From: a virus
Length of the DNA: 64,000 bases
Reading direction: 5' to 3' (one strand)
Virus record (IMG/VR): IMGVR_UViG_3300032296_002405
Coordinates: 4,219-68,218 of that record
In this document: in pieces, positions 9,001-16,756 of the stretch
Layout of the letters: the number at the start of each line of letters is the position of its first letter
Position numbering within the stretch: the stretch's first letter is position 1
The notes under the pieces: model-generated
The model's database searches: none
The model's input: only the letters and a program-made list of their open reading frames with translations
Told to the model about the DNA's origin: nothing
Position numbers and translations under genes: made by a program

Positions 9001-11309
9001 ATATTGTTGTGGGTGATGACTTGAAGATTAACTCCGAGCAGTCCAAACTTATCAAGAGGCTGACTGGTGGTAGCGAGGAAAACATCGACATGGCTTTTGA
9101 TGAGGCATTGAAGTTCCAAGCATATATGGTTGTAAGGGCTATAGCCAAGAACAACGCAATGCAGAAGATATATGAAGCCGCCAAGAGTGAGAACTTCCAA
9201 GGTCCGTTCTATGAGCCAGATGTGACAGGTGTGGATGCCGATGGTAACTTCAAGTATGGAAATTTGCCTGCCGAGGATGCCATCATTTATTTCTTTATGG
9301 ATGGAAAGAAAATGGCTCTTGCTACTTCCAAGGAAATAGCCTCGGCATTCAATGGGTCGAATATGCCCGATCTTGGAATATCAGATGAAGCACTTGGTTG
9401 GGCAATGATGACTATTCCGTTCCGTGCCGTTACAACCAATTTGAACCCTGGTTTCGGACTTGCACAGTTGATTCTTGATATACCACAAGCTCTTCTTACA
9501 AACGAAGCATATTCAAATATAACCACCGGTCTTCCAAGAATCCTGTTCAGGGACTTGAAGCTTCTGACAGGAAAGGGTCTTGGGGAATTGTCAAAACTTC
9601 TTGGAATAGACATGGGATTTGACAAGGAATGGAATGAACTTGCAATGGAGGCAAGGGAGTACGGTGGTCTTATCACATTCACAGGAATGGATAATGAAAC
9701 CATGAGTATCACCCAAGCGGCTGAAAAGGCAATGGATAAGAAATCCAATATGCTTACCAATGCGTTTGCTGCATATAGGGATAAGGTTGAGCAGTTCGGA
9801 ACAACGATGGAGACAGTTACACGACTTGCGGTTTACCGTAAGATGCGTAATAATCTTATATCCGAATACAAGAAAGCCAATAACGGCAAGGCTCCAACAG
9901 GAGAGGACCTTGACAATATCCGTACACAAGCCGCAGCAACATCTTTGAACGTACTTAACTACAATCGTGGTGGGGTAGTCGTAAAAGGATTAAACAGGGC
10001 CTTGGCATACCTCAACGTGGCGTTTCAAGTTCCTTATAGTGTTATCAAGTATGCCAAAAGAAAACCATTTGAAGCCTCTCTTAAGGCTATGGAGGTTGCC
10101 ATGTGGCCTACGCTTGTTCAACTCTTATGCTACCTGTCAATAGATGATGATGATGACAAGGAAAAGTACCTTGAGATTTACAACAACTACAATGAATACG
10201 AAAAGTTCAACTATTGGCACATGTATAATCTACTATGGGATGGTAAGGATCCGGAAACAATGATTGTCCGAATCAAAAAGCCGACAATCCTATTACCCCT
10301 TATCAACTCAACCGAGGTGGCTGTGATGTATGTAGCAACAGGTGGCAAGACCATGTCTCCAAAGGATTATAGTAAAAACCAGTTGCTATCCGACATAGTT
10401 GATATGCAGCCACTTGGTTGGAGTTTGATTTCATCCGTTCCTTTATTTAATGCTTTTGCTATATACGCACTTAACAAAGACTTGTATCGAAATATGGATG
10501 TTGTAAAGAACGAGAAGGAACTATTCAACTGGGAAGAAGGCCAAAACGATCCAAATGTGGGCAAGTTCTACAAGTACGTTGCGGAAAGGACAAAATACCT
10601 TGGCGATAATGACCGTGAGACCCTTGAAAGCATATCTCCAGCCAGGATGGATGCAGCGGTAAAGGCAGCTGTAGGTAACTACGAAACCAACATAACCACA
10701 GCTTTGCCACTTCTTGGTGCTGAAGGATTGCTTTCCTGGTTATCATCAGACTATTCTGAATTCAAGGTCCCGGCACAGACCGACGAAGAGACCAAGTCCA
10801 TCATGGAAAAGGTGTGGGATGGCGTGGGCCTTAAGAAGAGGTTCTTTGCCAAGGTTCCAGAGGTTAACCCACAGATATACAAGAGCATGGAGTTTGAGAA
10901 GAAGATGAAGAATTATCTGAGGGAGGAGATTCGGAGCATGGTGGATGTCATCATCAGTGAGAAGAAAAGTATTGATGAAACCAAGCAGATGATACGTGAA
11001 TACTATAAAATGGTTTCACAGGACAATCAGTATTACGATATCGAAAATCTTGATTCTGACCTAAAAAATGCTTTCAAATACGTAAATAATCAGAAATGGC
11101 TGAAAGACAAACCGAAATGGTATAGAACACTCATCTTCGCTCCCGATACGGAATCTAAAATTATGATATTCGATGTCAGTACGGAAAACATGGATCGTGA
11201 GGGTAAGAGACAGGCACTCAAAGATTTGTATCTAAAAGGATTTGTCAAGGAAGGTGATGATGCGTGGATTAAGTATGTAGAAAAAGAATTCCCAAAACAG
11301 GGTAAATGA
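3..11309 (+). CDS. Giant polyvalent virion/ejection-type protein (>3700 aa, 5'-truncated): Gly/Ala-rich hydrophobic N-region, zincin-like HExxH metallopeptidase, several internal modules, LPD38-like C-terminal region
   Basis: Frame is open from base 3 (INPAKWDKF...) through the annotated TTG at 123 to TGA 11309. Motifs: GAGAATGAAVGSVIPGAGTAAG hydrophobic stretch; ILYHEATH; SSHFDEPNILVHLR...LFLEEVQSDW module; LNYNRGG...LAYLNVAFQ typical of phage large polyvalent proteins. Confidence 0.8.
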   Translation: MNPAKWDKFLEKYPGSQKVEKKKEPTPSVKQPTGAVSERGLPPTQPISGSKPSQGKGFEGMPGGYVWAGGAVTPPPTPIPTPKKKKEIYQEDSDNVLMNAIKRGLNQADLAAQMTATGGDPTMKINEEIARIQRENRQLKSSEAYQKFNNATTTKEAWAALTESPTSFATILAELSLESLTAQAKHGLIRAGAGAATGAAVGSVIPGAGTAAGAGVGILTGLGLASLNLEYSGKMLEVFDEMGFDTTNPLELEKAFSDEKKVDEARNTALRKGIPVAVFDMVSGGLAGRIATKPAKSLLGKVATEATEIGTQAGLGMAGEATGQVVAGEKINPAAILAEGIGELGPGTAEIIGGRVYRKIAQPKTPKEAVSTIVAAASPNADKAALVKDQIDLSLMSGEIDDAQAVEYANEAIKAIESDKSVPLQIEGIKRVDVLPIIIDKSDVQNEISQLEKQKETTDAAFHPMIDTEINTRRTRIDELTRQIQSILTAPTEVAPTTAPAAPVTETDRIRTQILDEIFKDSTAQNKADALEQRMNNAEEISMTEINDVLDGLYGQVETIMDNYFDNEAGKQYAQALLDKIDKIKSYEFATDKETAVVTERKAVQTARASLQETASVINLARAPRATATITSEDGTTGTYSIEVGPDGAVTFEQPNTEPIRIGNVNDVNKTASIVETVLNEQGLPQSVSFSITGEDGRKHTITVEAGKKLKPQQLLDLAINIRANELGTVDPADFDTAYEEVTREITTTKPKTDAVQVETAGQVPVQPEAGTRQEMAEGKPQAEPQAPTKEGVKEEVTAPKKQSKADKLNELQNQLIRAKINSRIPNILKALQSVGVKIEIIEDPAEYDRIMRDEYGNNYISAGVYVAESGKIYLNPERMIATGEGVKILYHEATHPVLNIIRNTNKPLYDRMVRAMEQAEKASTGKNREAFSKLKKFGEAYEGIGYDESQVNDEKLTELLALIGNGDIDLTKLPKSFTDTVIDFLNQIAKFLGIKARLTPTSDMGALRQVAKDIKNSFDKGVDIGEFLGYDNKGNIDAKDLFVNEDGTPFNQMSLSNKFVDLMNGVVFEYIEDTEDFNKLKSQGIITDDKKLSDYEGYFAVLHIPDNAFTGKAFKDNELILDGKGGVYFPIRFNDKGYFWASTSNAAKSLANILNESRMMNPDGKIRMALISTEPKKILSSSNASTGVMEILFSKAFDKRAKLKESNVIDSYVEGVKIANIEFISMFEKKIKEKIANIKKAKSDASRMKMQKNLSDFKKKGPTKAPKLTKSMSADNIKAILNEFFSPDNSSFREREAFNTIVLDLIAQKVNNIDKVASERYGKELRIVATEVLSFLGMTKNAVRLKSTGGRLSAANLVQGFSDFMMEPMLKGEDKNKVYAILEVDSEVEAVSIGKEHGSYDYAVKPIDKKAKITLNILQDRLDWKDNVIDPETNQPMDPERASNVLPTYGVSPKPVKLAVSQMSLYTATIDGVDVELKGIDVDVVNGFYSPLEQEVFGSKQDKMPAKKWLDRFKGREEAKWTGLNDWLDSQEGAVSKQDILDYMKENRIVVSEVVMGAKDYSQRIKEIENEIDKEGYYFELDMGGEGYMLLNKETDDLAEYEELPERIQDMWNEYNEIQGPEFNAYSNIGGKYSQYQLEGEKENYREVLVTLPSKIKPYSVIDNRDNSIVKTFDKYSDAVEFIESSRFGDNYDVKEDKSTTFQSSHFDEPNILVHLRMNERTDAEGNKVLFLEEVQSDWAQKGRREGFDLDKKQVEEKYNQAQSALSQIENKIENKYGKDWDLRGDIDEVLSKEDYENYRKAAGERAKWGNLLGKEYKTGIPTAPFVMNTSDWVKLAMRVALKEAVKSGANSIAWTTGEQQNDRFDLSKTIDELFYQQLSDGKGNLIDRYYIRGTKNQTRLIEKDNLQASELEQYVGKEVAEKIINGETEGVLKGIDLKVGGKGMIGFYGTVTKPGIVGQVASKLFGQEVVATEINGVEQPSVKVTPQMKAEVKRGLPQMSLMGTRMVVEKPNEPTLKAAGLTPSEVEQWKKKNKVSQREGRVTGVQKSAQDLYEGKITVYQHIANVRKEQPARTYQAVPQLPSYKDVTSSLAENQMETGVVGLNKGITQGTQVGARLDIPSFNNYGTNVVSIHEATGSGKAIGYGRTASLSNVKFKTSPSAALKVAMGESKGTWARMIGSWNNESDQSVVDRAKQAISSGEWIQIGINPFRHSWFYNRATGMPVMEAAEVLQVGNMVLARGARELNLNNAKDKAEFEETFKVKLKSGAIGQFSLMGERDVAKRLEGVGRNNYDKLIDIYVKNRINGRPLRISIQDMMNEEPLSLTFNNVEPFSREPYAVQFSDGWPMVRLTDGRYTDGDLIYESWDQLIELNKDNIDEYFMDLETNREIDVRNDVRVKQIENNSYDSLSDIGFWNKATKNLSEYLGYTSPMQMQEESLEDAEIAMNLTAKAVDLYNEGKIKTDIDFYTKVLGLTNEEAKSKIKNVSFADALSQMYVESKKRGSNPELVKAVEDAIDKPRGQASLVGTRGIRPTTREDVEAALSRGDRVIATLEMDDEPIEITSMAMVDRIDLDTTVIIPDVKGKMKKAFPNGQMSIFAPRGMMNTAEEAKRQYPYHQILVDIGLDAYRNQGIRNYASFVTYAKQFDASINKNPYMKRVWEDVTRIVNGKKPLIQSEKDYRDFLIKENDVPVANAERLKKRNYKSMVTRTKGALLDSRAELFKALSESSNRLWSIAANYVNVIGGMGAKSIYTANFLADGVFKGLSTKKEYLIGDQMQSESTIFNHMLVRIRVLEIQRKMQDKFDEFMDVDSKIKEIETASKDLKMYAREMDSLEKKYNKLKDKNTQEAIDMLDKINEYMDSIKVTQDLIKKEHGDLKVDKDGNYIVPSEYIDTRDNVRRYLDRNNMLIQDSNGKYSLGTYQFANNLNERTAFNENEQVLEQYPELYEKLMQRADAYHQAFITLLDMQKDAGMLSKESYDDMVKYKYVPMRYIGHMIEDIVVGDDLKINSEQSKLIKRLTGGSEENIDMAFDEALKFQAYMVVRAIAKNNAMQKIYEAAKSENFQGPFYEPDVTGVDADGNFKYGNLPAEDAIIYFFMDGKKMALATSKEIASAFNGSNMPDLGISDEALGWAMMTIPFRAVTTNLNPGFGLAQLILDIPQALLTNEAYSNITTGLPRILFRDLKLLTGKGLGELSKLLGIDMGFDKEWNELAMEAREYGGLITFTGMDNETMSITQAAEKAMDKKSNMLTNAFAAYRDKVEQFGTTMETVTRLAVYRKMRNNLISEYKKANNGKAPTGEDLDNIRTQAAATSLNVLNYNRGGVVVKGLNRALAYLNVAFQVPYSVIKYAKRKPFEASLKAMEVAMWPTLVQLLCYLSIDDDDDKEKYLEIYNNYNEYEKFNYWHMYNLLWDGKDPETMIVRIKKPTILLPLINSTEVAVMYVATGGKTMSPKDYSKNQLLSDIVDMQPLGWSLISSVPLFNAFAIYALNKDLYRNMDVVKNEKELFNWEEGQNDPNVGKFYKYVAERTKYLGDNDRETLESISPARMDAAVKAAVGNYETNITTALPLLGAEGLLSWLSSDYSEFKVPAQTDEETKSIMEKVWDGVGLKKRFFAKVPEVNPQIYKSMEFEKKMKNYLREEIRSMVDVIISEKKSIDETKQMIREYYKMVSQDNQYYDIENLDSDLKNAFKYVNNQKWLKDKPKWYRTLIFAPDTESKIMIFDVSTENMDREGKRQALKDLYLKGFVKEGDDAWIKYVEKEFPKQGK

Positions 11310-11321
11310 ACCCCCTAACCC

Positions 11322-11329
11322 TATCTTTG
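11322..11329 (+). promoter_or_regulatory. Bacteroidota-type -7 promoter box TATCTTTG, 7 nt before ATG 11337
   Basis: Matches TAnnTTTG consensus in a short intergenic gap. Confidence 0.65.
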
Positions 11330-11336
11330 TAAGGCT

Positions 11337-11966
11337 ATGGCACTAGAACTCAATGTAAAATTCACAAGGTCAAACGACTATCAGAGCATAGTCGCTACCG
11401 ACCTGACCGGTGTGTACAACGCCTTGACCAATCCAGGCGGTTACGGAGCGCCCAATCCTACGGTTGGATCGTTCACTTCGTTCAACATCACCGTGACGCC
11501 AGCCGACCCGGTAACATTGTTACCAACCGGCACACCTGTAACAGTGAACGCCTATCCAAGCCTTCCCAGTTCCTCAAACGGAACTTTTACTATCACCAAT
11601 GTCGACTTGGGGTTGGCCGCTACCGATAACATCATAGACGGTGTGTATCTGTTCAATGTTTCAGCCGAGACAGCATTGGCCGAATACGAATACCAGCGAT
11701 ATGCCGTATTCAGTGATATCGTTGCATGTTGCATCAAGAACCTCACCTTGCAGGCCTTCGGATGCGATTGCAACGGAAAGAACAAGAACCTTGTCAAGGC
11801 AAATATGTGGCTGTCTCTTTTGAAGCCATCGGTTGACGACTCAGGGGAAATCATCCCAAGCCAGGTAGAACTGTGCCAGCAATGGAACCAGGCCGCCGAA
11901 ATCATCAGGGAGCTTCAAAAAATATGTAACAACAATAACTGCAAGGGCTGTGGCGAATGTAAATAG
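11337..11966 (+). CDS. Hypothetical virion protein, Thr/Pro-rich beta N-domain and Cys-rich C-terminus
   Basis: 209 aa ORF, own promoter, overlaps next gene; GGYGAPNP motif; CCxK, CDC, CKGC. Confidence 0.7.
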   Translation: MALELNVKFTRSNDYQSIVATDLTGVYNALTNPGGYGAPNPTVGSFTSFNITVTPADPVTLLPTGTPVTVNAYPSLPSSSNGTFTITNVDLGLAATDNIIDGVYLFNVSAETALAEYEYQRYAVFSDIVACCIKNLTLQAFGCDCNGKNKNLVKANMWLSLLKPSVDDSGEIIPSQVELCQQWNQAAEIIRELQKICNNNNCKGCGECK

Positions 11967-12783
11967 CATACGTTGCTGCGGTTTCACCAAGGCATACAAG
12001 GTACTGACCGACTCAAGGAAGGGTTGCCTTTCCGATTGCGAACTTTACAAGAACGCATTGTTGCAGTACCAGATAGCCGCCCTCGCCGAGTATTCTTCGG
12101 AAGGGTGTCTAACTCAGGAGCAGTACGATTCATTATACCAAAAGTTAAAGTTGAATTGCAACTGCTGTTCTCCTGATATCGAACTTGAGAATCCCGGAAC
12201 GGAACAGACCGACCTGTGCTTCTTCTACGCCACATTCTCCGATGACAATTATTTCGAGGGATGGGAAATCGACAATCAGCCATTCACTGCTAATGTCAAC
12301 ACAGTCATGAACTCCTACGGCGGAAGGGGTGATGTGTACAACGATGATGGCAATCCGATTGGAGCGATCATCACATACATGGGATCAGCATCCAGCACAC
12401 CTCCCAATCCGGTTGTGGAGGACAGCAATGTTCCGGTTCCGTACACATGGTCAACACCGATATGCGAAACCTCTTGTTGGCAGCATATATTTATCAAGCC
12501 TGACTTCATTATGTCAAGTATCAACCTTGGGTTTACTCCTGCTATAAACTTCCTTCAGACGCTGACGCAGAACATAAATGTATCTATCCCAGCTGATATC
12601 GTACTACTGCAAACATTCCTGCAAGGCATATACGGACCACAGGTTCAAGTACAATCAGTACAACAGCCAAGTACAGACTATCTGGTTACAATAACCGGAG
12701 TTTATATTGACCCATTGACATCCGTTACAGGCACTACGACAATCGTAGGTGCATTCGGATGGGAAAACATAGTATGCGAATAA
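11950..12783 (+). CDS. Hypothetical Cys-rich virion protein; C-domain paralogous to 14385..15281
   Basis: 277 aa ORF in operon; shared GWxIxxxxF, CxxxCxxxI, VSIP, DYxVTI motifs. Confidence 0.7.
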   Translation: MANVNSIRCCGFTKAYKVLTDSRKGCLSDCELYKNALLQYQIAALAEYSSEGCLTQEQYDSLYQKLKLNCNCCSPDIELENPGTEQTDLCFFYATFSDDNYFEGWEIDNQPFTANVNTVMNSYGGRGDVYNDDGNPIGAIITYMGSASSTPPNPVVEDSNVPVPYTWSTPICETSCWQHIFIKPDFIMSSINLGFTPAINFLQTLTQNINVSIPADIVLLQTFLQGIYGPQVQVQSVQQPSTDYLVTITGVYIDPLTSVTGTTTIVGAFGWENIVCE

Positions 12784-12784
12784 C

Positions 12785-14134
12785 ATGACCGCAGCACTTG
12801 AAAGATACATATCGACCGTACTGAAGATGCCCGCCAAGGCGGAGTTCATCACAAGGTTGAACAACCTGTCCGGCCTCAGCGGAACTCCAATGAGTCCACT
12901 GCTGACCAATTGGGTGAGGCAGAACTTCGGATTGTCTTCGGTCGCTGCCATACAGAACTGGTCATCTGGTAAGTTCAGTCCAGAGATGTTGTTGCGCTGG
13001 ACGAGCGTGTTCCCAAGTTCGTTTGAGAACGGAGCCATCCGTGCCGATTTGTACGAGATACTGACCGGCGGTGGAGTGATTCCTCCCGTAGCGAACTTCA
13101 GCGGTAGTCCGACATCAATCAATATAGGTGACACCGTAGCGTTTACCGACCTTTCCACCAACACCCCCACATCATGGTCGTGGGCGTTCGCTGGCGGTAC
13201 GCCCGCTACAAGTGTGACACAGAACCCATCGGTCGTGTACAATACGGCTGGGACATATAATGTTGACTTGACGGCTACGAATTCAGCGGGTAGCGACTTG
13301 GAGTCGAAGCCGAATTATATTACAGTTACCAATCCATATCTTTTGGATAATTATTCGGGTGCAGGTGCTGCTTATAGTGTCAGGAAATTATCATCTTCAT
13401 ATACCGGTGCAGCTTTAAGGGTTCGCAGGTCTTCGGATAATGGCGAGCAGGATATTGGATTTATAGGTCTTAATCTTGATACAACTGCATTGACATCATT
13501 TGTAGGAGCAGGTAATGGATTTGTAACTAAATGGTACGATCAAACAGGTAATTTAAGACATATGGCTGAAGTAAATGGATCGCAACAGCCATCTATCGTC
13601 TCAAGTGGAAACGTAATTACTAGAAATGGAATAATTTCATTGTTCTTCAATTCAAGCAGTTCAAACAAGATTACAAGCAATTATGGTCTAACCAATGGGC
13701 CTATTTCGACTATTGGTGTTTTAAGCTTAAGTGGTACAAATGGAAATGCTTTTATTCAAAATAATTTTTTTGGAATTGGTGTTTTAGCTGATAATTTCTG
13801 GGGATATTTATCAGGTGCATCTGTATCAGCTGTAATAACTACAGTTCCTTCAATGGTTCAATATACTACTGGTTCTTTTGCTTTAACAAACAATGCTTCG
13901 TACTTGGTATATGGAAATTGGAATGGTAACTCTAATGTTGTAAAAAGTAGAAGAAACGGAATAGCTGCAGCTAATAGTGGGGTTTCTGGTTCAACAATAA
14001 GAAAAAATGATACTGGCCCTCAAAGTTACCTTATTGGTTATGCTAGTGAATTTATTATTTATCCATCAGATCAGGCTTCAAATGTAGCAGGAATGGAAAC
14101 GAATATAAACGGTTATTATAATATCTATCCATAA
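12785..14134 (+). CDS. Virion decoration/fibre protein with PKD (Ig-like) domain and C-terminal lectin/arabinofuranosidase-B-like domain
   Basis: PVANF...VAFTDLS...SWSWAFAGGTP...NPSVVYNTAGTYNVDLTATNSAG is a PKD signature; AYSVRKL...YTGAALRVRRSSDNGEQDIGF...VTKWYDQTGN is a common phage lectin-like domain. Confidence 0.75.
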   Translation: MTAALERYISTVLKMPAKAEFITRLNNLSGLSGTPMSPLLTNWVRQNFGLSSVAAIQNWSSGKFSPEMLLRWTSVFPSSFENGAIRADLYEILTGGGVIPPVANFSGSPTSINIGDTVAFTDLSTNTPTSWSWAFAGGTPATSVTQNPSVVYNTAGTYNVDLTATNSAGSDLESKPNYITVTNPYLLDNYSGAGAAYSVRKLSSSYTGAALRVRRSSDNGEQDIGFIGLNLDTTALTSFVGAGNGFVTKWYDQTGNLRHMAEVNGSQQPSIVSSGNVITRNGIISLFFNSSSSNKITSNYGLTNGPISTIGVLSLSGTNGNAFIQNNFFGIGVLADNFWGYLSGASVSAVITTVPSMVQYTTGSFALTNNASYLVYGNWNGNSNVVKSRRNGIAAANSGVSGSTIRKNDTGPQSYLIGYASEFIIYPSDQASNVAGMETNINGYYNIYP

Positions 14135-14388
14135 TGCTTTACCTAATCTTCCCCACCGAACAAGCCGCTAAAGACCGAACCTATGAAATCGCTAGAAATC
14201 TTGGCTGTCAGCAAGGCTCAACAGAATATTGGTTCGGATGGATCGTATCGTATACAAACGCACCTGAATCAGCACTGATGGTTCCCGAAGATGAGACAGA
14301 CAAGCTGACTCCAACAGAAGTAACAGAACTCAAAGACCAAGCATACATGGAAGCCAACGGATGGTTTCCTCCAACACAGAATCCATGA
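14134..14388 (+). CDS. Hypothetical protein (possible fibre chaperone)
   Basis: 84 aa ORF translationally coupled on both sides. Confidence 0.65.
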   Translation: MLYLIFPTEQAAKDRTYEIARNLGCQQGSTEYWFGWIVSYTNAPESALMVPEDETDKLTPTEVTELKDQAYMEANGWFPPTQNP

Positions 14389-15281
14389 ACCCAATCCTCA
14401 TCGACTACATACTGAACTGGCTCGCTCCTGCTGAGTACAAACTTGAACTCAAAGACCGACTTGAAAACCTTTGCTACTTTTCAGGCACTCCGATGTCTCC
14501 CGGACTGCATCAGTGGGTAACGGACAAGTTCGGACTGGAGATGACCAAGGTGATCGAGGACTATTCGACCTTCGCCTCACCGAAACTTTCACCAGAGCTT
14601 CTATCGGTAGTGGACCGAATCGTGCCGTCCAACTACCAAGGGTATGATGCGAACCTGGGACTGAAGCAGTTGTTCGATGTGAGTTGTTGTGATAACTTCA
14701 GGTATGCTATAATTGGAAGTTATCAAGGAACTGCATCTGATTTCACTGGATGGACGATAAATGGTGTTGATTTTGAAACTAACTATCAATCTGAATTCGC
14801 AAGTGCAGGATGTAATACCAATACGCCATATACAAACGATTCAGCCTTAGGAACTTCTTACGAGATAATCGTATGGTATTATGGAACAAACGACCCTGTA
14901 TTCAATATACTAAATGATTTAGCTGATCCTGTTATTCTGAATTGGAAGAGTTTGTGTACTAAAACATGCTATGAAACAATAGTGCCTCAGACGGATACGG
15001 TTATACCCACCTTTGATGTAATGGGTCCTGAATTCGTTGTAGCTGTAGATCCAAGATTTACATTTACGACAACAAATCCAGATGTTTCAATTCCTGGTAA
15101 TGTAGCCGCTATTCAAGCCTATTACAGACAGTGCTGTGGAGCGGCTACGACTGTCACATCTGTAACCGACATAAACGGAGACTATGTGGTGACTATCAGT
15201 AATGCCTATGTGGCATTTCCACCAGTATGGTCAACCAGTGGCTCAGGCCAAGTATACTTTTACGAAATAACCTGCCCTTGA
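14385..15281 (+). CDS. Hypothetical virion protein; N-domain paralogous to 12785, C-domain paralogous to 11950
   Basis: ATGA overlap with upstream stop favours start 14385; SGTPMSP motif shared with the 12785 ORF. Confidence 0.7.
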   Translation: MNPILIDYILNWLAPAEYKLELKDRLENLCYFSGTPMSPGLHQWVTDKFGLEMTKVIEDYSTFASPKLSPELLSVVDRIVPSNYQGYDANLGLKQLFDVSCCDNFRYAIIGSYQGTASDFTGWTINGVDFETNYQSEFASAGCNTNTPYTNDSALGTSYEIIVWYYGTNDPVFNILNDLADPVILNWKSLCTKTCYETIVPQTDTVIPTFDVMGPEFVVAVDPRFTFTTTNPDVSIPGNVAAIQAYYRQCCGAATTVTSVTDINGDYVVTISNAYVAFPPVWSTSGSGQVYFYEITCP

Positions 15282-15284
15282 TAT

Positions 15285-15503
15285 ATGAAAACAGCAACCG
15301 ACAAGGCCGAATCCTGGAGCAAGTCCATCATCACATGGGCGCTTCTTGGCATTGCCGCATCGCAGTTTATGGACCTGCGTGACACCGTCAAAGAGATGCA
15401 CAAGCTGGTCATCAAGCATGAGAACCAACTTGACAACAACAAGGACGAAATCAACCGCCTACGAGACCGAGTCGATAAAACCCAAATATCCGAGAAACGA
15501 TGA
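15285..15503 (+). CDS. Small membrane protein, one TM plus coiled coil (holin-like)
   Basis: IITWALLGIAASQF hydrophobic helix then heptad-rich tail. Confidence 0.55.
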   Translation: MKTATDKAESWSKSIITWALLGIAASQFMDLRDTVKEMHKLVIKHENQLDNNKDEINRLRDRVDKTQISEKR

Positions 15504-16048
15504 GAACACTTATCCCACTACTGCTTGTCTTCGCACTAGGATGCGAGGAACCAGAGGAAGTCAAACCGGTCAAGGTTAAACAGAAACAATCCAATGAACG
15601 CAGGGGTGGCAACGGCAACGGCAACGGCAATCAGAATACCAACCCGTGCGCCAACTATCCTGTATATCCCGTTGAAACCGTAACAGACAAGGACTTCAAC
15701 ATAACCGTCGATACCACCCTGTGCGGTGCGGTTATATTCAGATGGGACGCACAACCCGGATTCAATCCGGTAACGGACACCTGCTTTACCATAGCGAGAT
15801 ACTACTACATCAGTTTTGACAATATCGGTCATACCAACGGATGTGAAACAGGTGGGTCGGTCAGTTCTACCAACGCTTACTATTACACATTGGGATCAGG
15901 CTGTACCGTATGGCCCGGATACACCTACGACATATATGTAAGGTACATACAGCGGGATACCTTGCGACAAAAATCCATTTGGTATAACTCCAAGCCCGTA
16001 AGGTTCACCGCTGGAACCCGTGCGCCTTGGCTAAACAACTGCAACTGA
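15500..16048 (+). CDS. Lipoprotein with GN repeat and FN3-like beta domain
   Basis: Signal plus lipobox FALG-C followed by acidic EEPEE; (GGCAAY)4 at 15608-15631; VIFRWD...YTYDIYVRY. Confidence 0.7.
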   Translation: MRTLIPLLLVFALGCEEPEEVKPVKVKQKQSNERRGGNGNGNGNQNTNPCANYPVYPVETVTDKDFNITVDTTLCGAVIFRWDAQPGFNPVTDTCFTIARYYYISFDNIGHTNGCETGGSVSSTNAYYYTLGSGCTVWPGYTYDIYVRYIQRDTLRQKSIWYNSKPVRFTAGTRAPWLNNCN

Positions 16049-16049
16049 C

Positions 16050-16214
16050 ATGAAAAACTGGTACGAATCAAAAACCATCTGGGCCGCAGCCGGCCTCACA
16101 TTACTTGGTCTGATGCACTATTGGAAGACCGGTGACATTACCAAAGCCATAGAACTTATCCTGACAGCTATGGGTCTGGTCGGTATCCGAACCGGATGGC
16201 AGAAGATTTCATGA
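16050..16214 (+). CDS. Putative holin (54 aa, not in ORF track)
   Basis: MKNWYESKTIWAAAGLTLLGLMHYWKTGDITKAIELILTAMGLVGIRTGWQKIS: K-x-W-Y-x-S-K-T-x-W start and two hydrophobic segments typical of small phage holins; ATGA overlap with next gene. Confidence 0.65.
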   Translation: MKNWYESKTIWAAAGLTLLGLMHYWKTGDITKAIELILTAMGLVGIRTGWQKIS

Positions 16215-16756
16215 AGTTCAACAACATTCTCGCCCTTGTCGCCATCGTTGCGTTCGTGGGCATATACATAGATCTCAGGAGGACTGGAGTGCTGTTCGGT
16301 TCCGATACCGTAATATCGCAGGACACAGTCATTGTGAACCTACCGGCGCAGACATTCCAGCTTCCTCCTGGCCAACCCATCAACATCGTGAACAACACCG
16401 TTCCAACCGATGTGGACACGGGAGCGATACTCAAAGCCTTCTTCCGCGAAGTGACATACCTTGATTCTCTTGACAACGACACGGTCAAGATTGTACTGAA
16501 AGAAGTAATCAGCGAAAACGCAGTGCGGTCAAGGGAGATACTGTGGAAACTGAAGATGCCACTAACTACGGTCATACATACACATGCGGAAAAACGAGGT
16601 CAAGTATTGTTTGGAGGTATTGCTACTTTTGGCAATGGCATTGGGGTTGCTCCTTCTATAGGTTACCGGAACAAAAAAGACAATGTCATATTCGGATCAT
16701 ACGATCCGTGGAACAAGACCATCCAAGGCGGTTACTACATACCACTCAAGAGGTAG
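16211..16756 (+). CDS. Membrane-anchored protein with C-terminal amphipathic beta strands (spanin-like candidate)
   Basis: N-terminal TM ILALVAIVAFVGIYI; C-terminal GIGVAPSIGY...FGSY...GGYYIPL beta pattern. Confidence 0.55.
   Translation: MKFNNILALVAIVAFVGIYIDLRRTGVLFGSDTVISQDTVIVNLPAQTFQLPPGQPINIVNNTVPTDVDTGAILKAFFREVTYLDSLDNDTVKIVLKEVISENAVRSREILWKLKMPLTTVIHTHAEKRGQVLFGGIATFGNGIGVAPSIGYRNKKDNVIFGSYDPWNKTIQGGYYIPLKR

Noticed and set aside
12785-15281. Diversity-generating retroelement acting on fibre genes
   Set aside because: No reverse transcriptase and no near-identical repeat pair differing at adenines was seen; paralogy is only at protein level.
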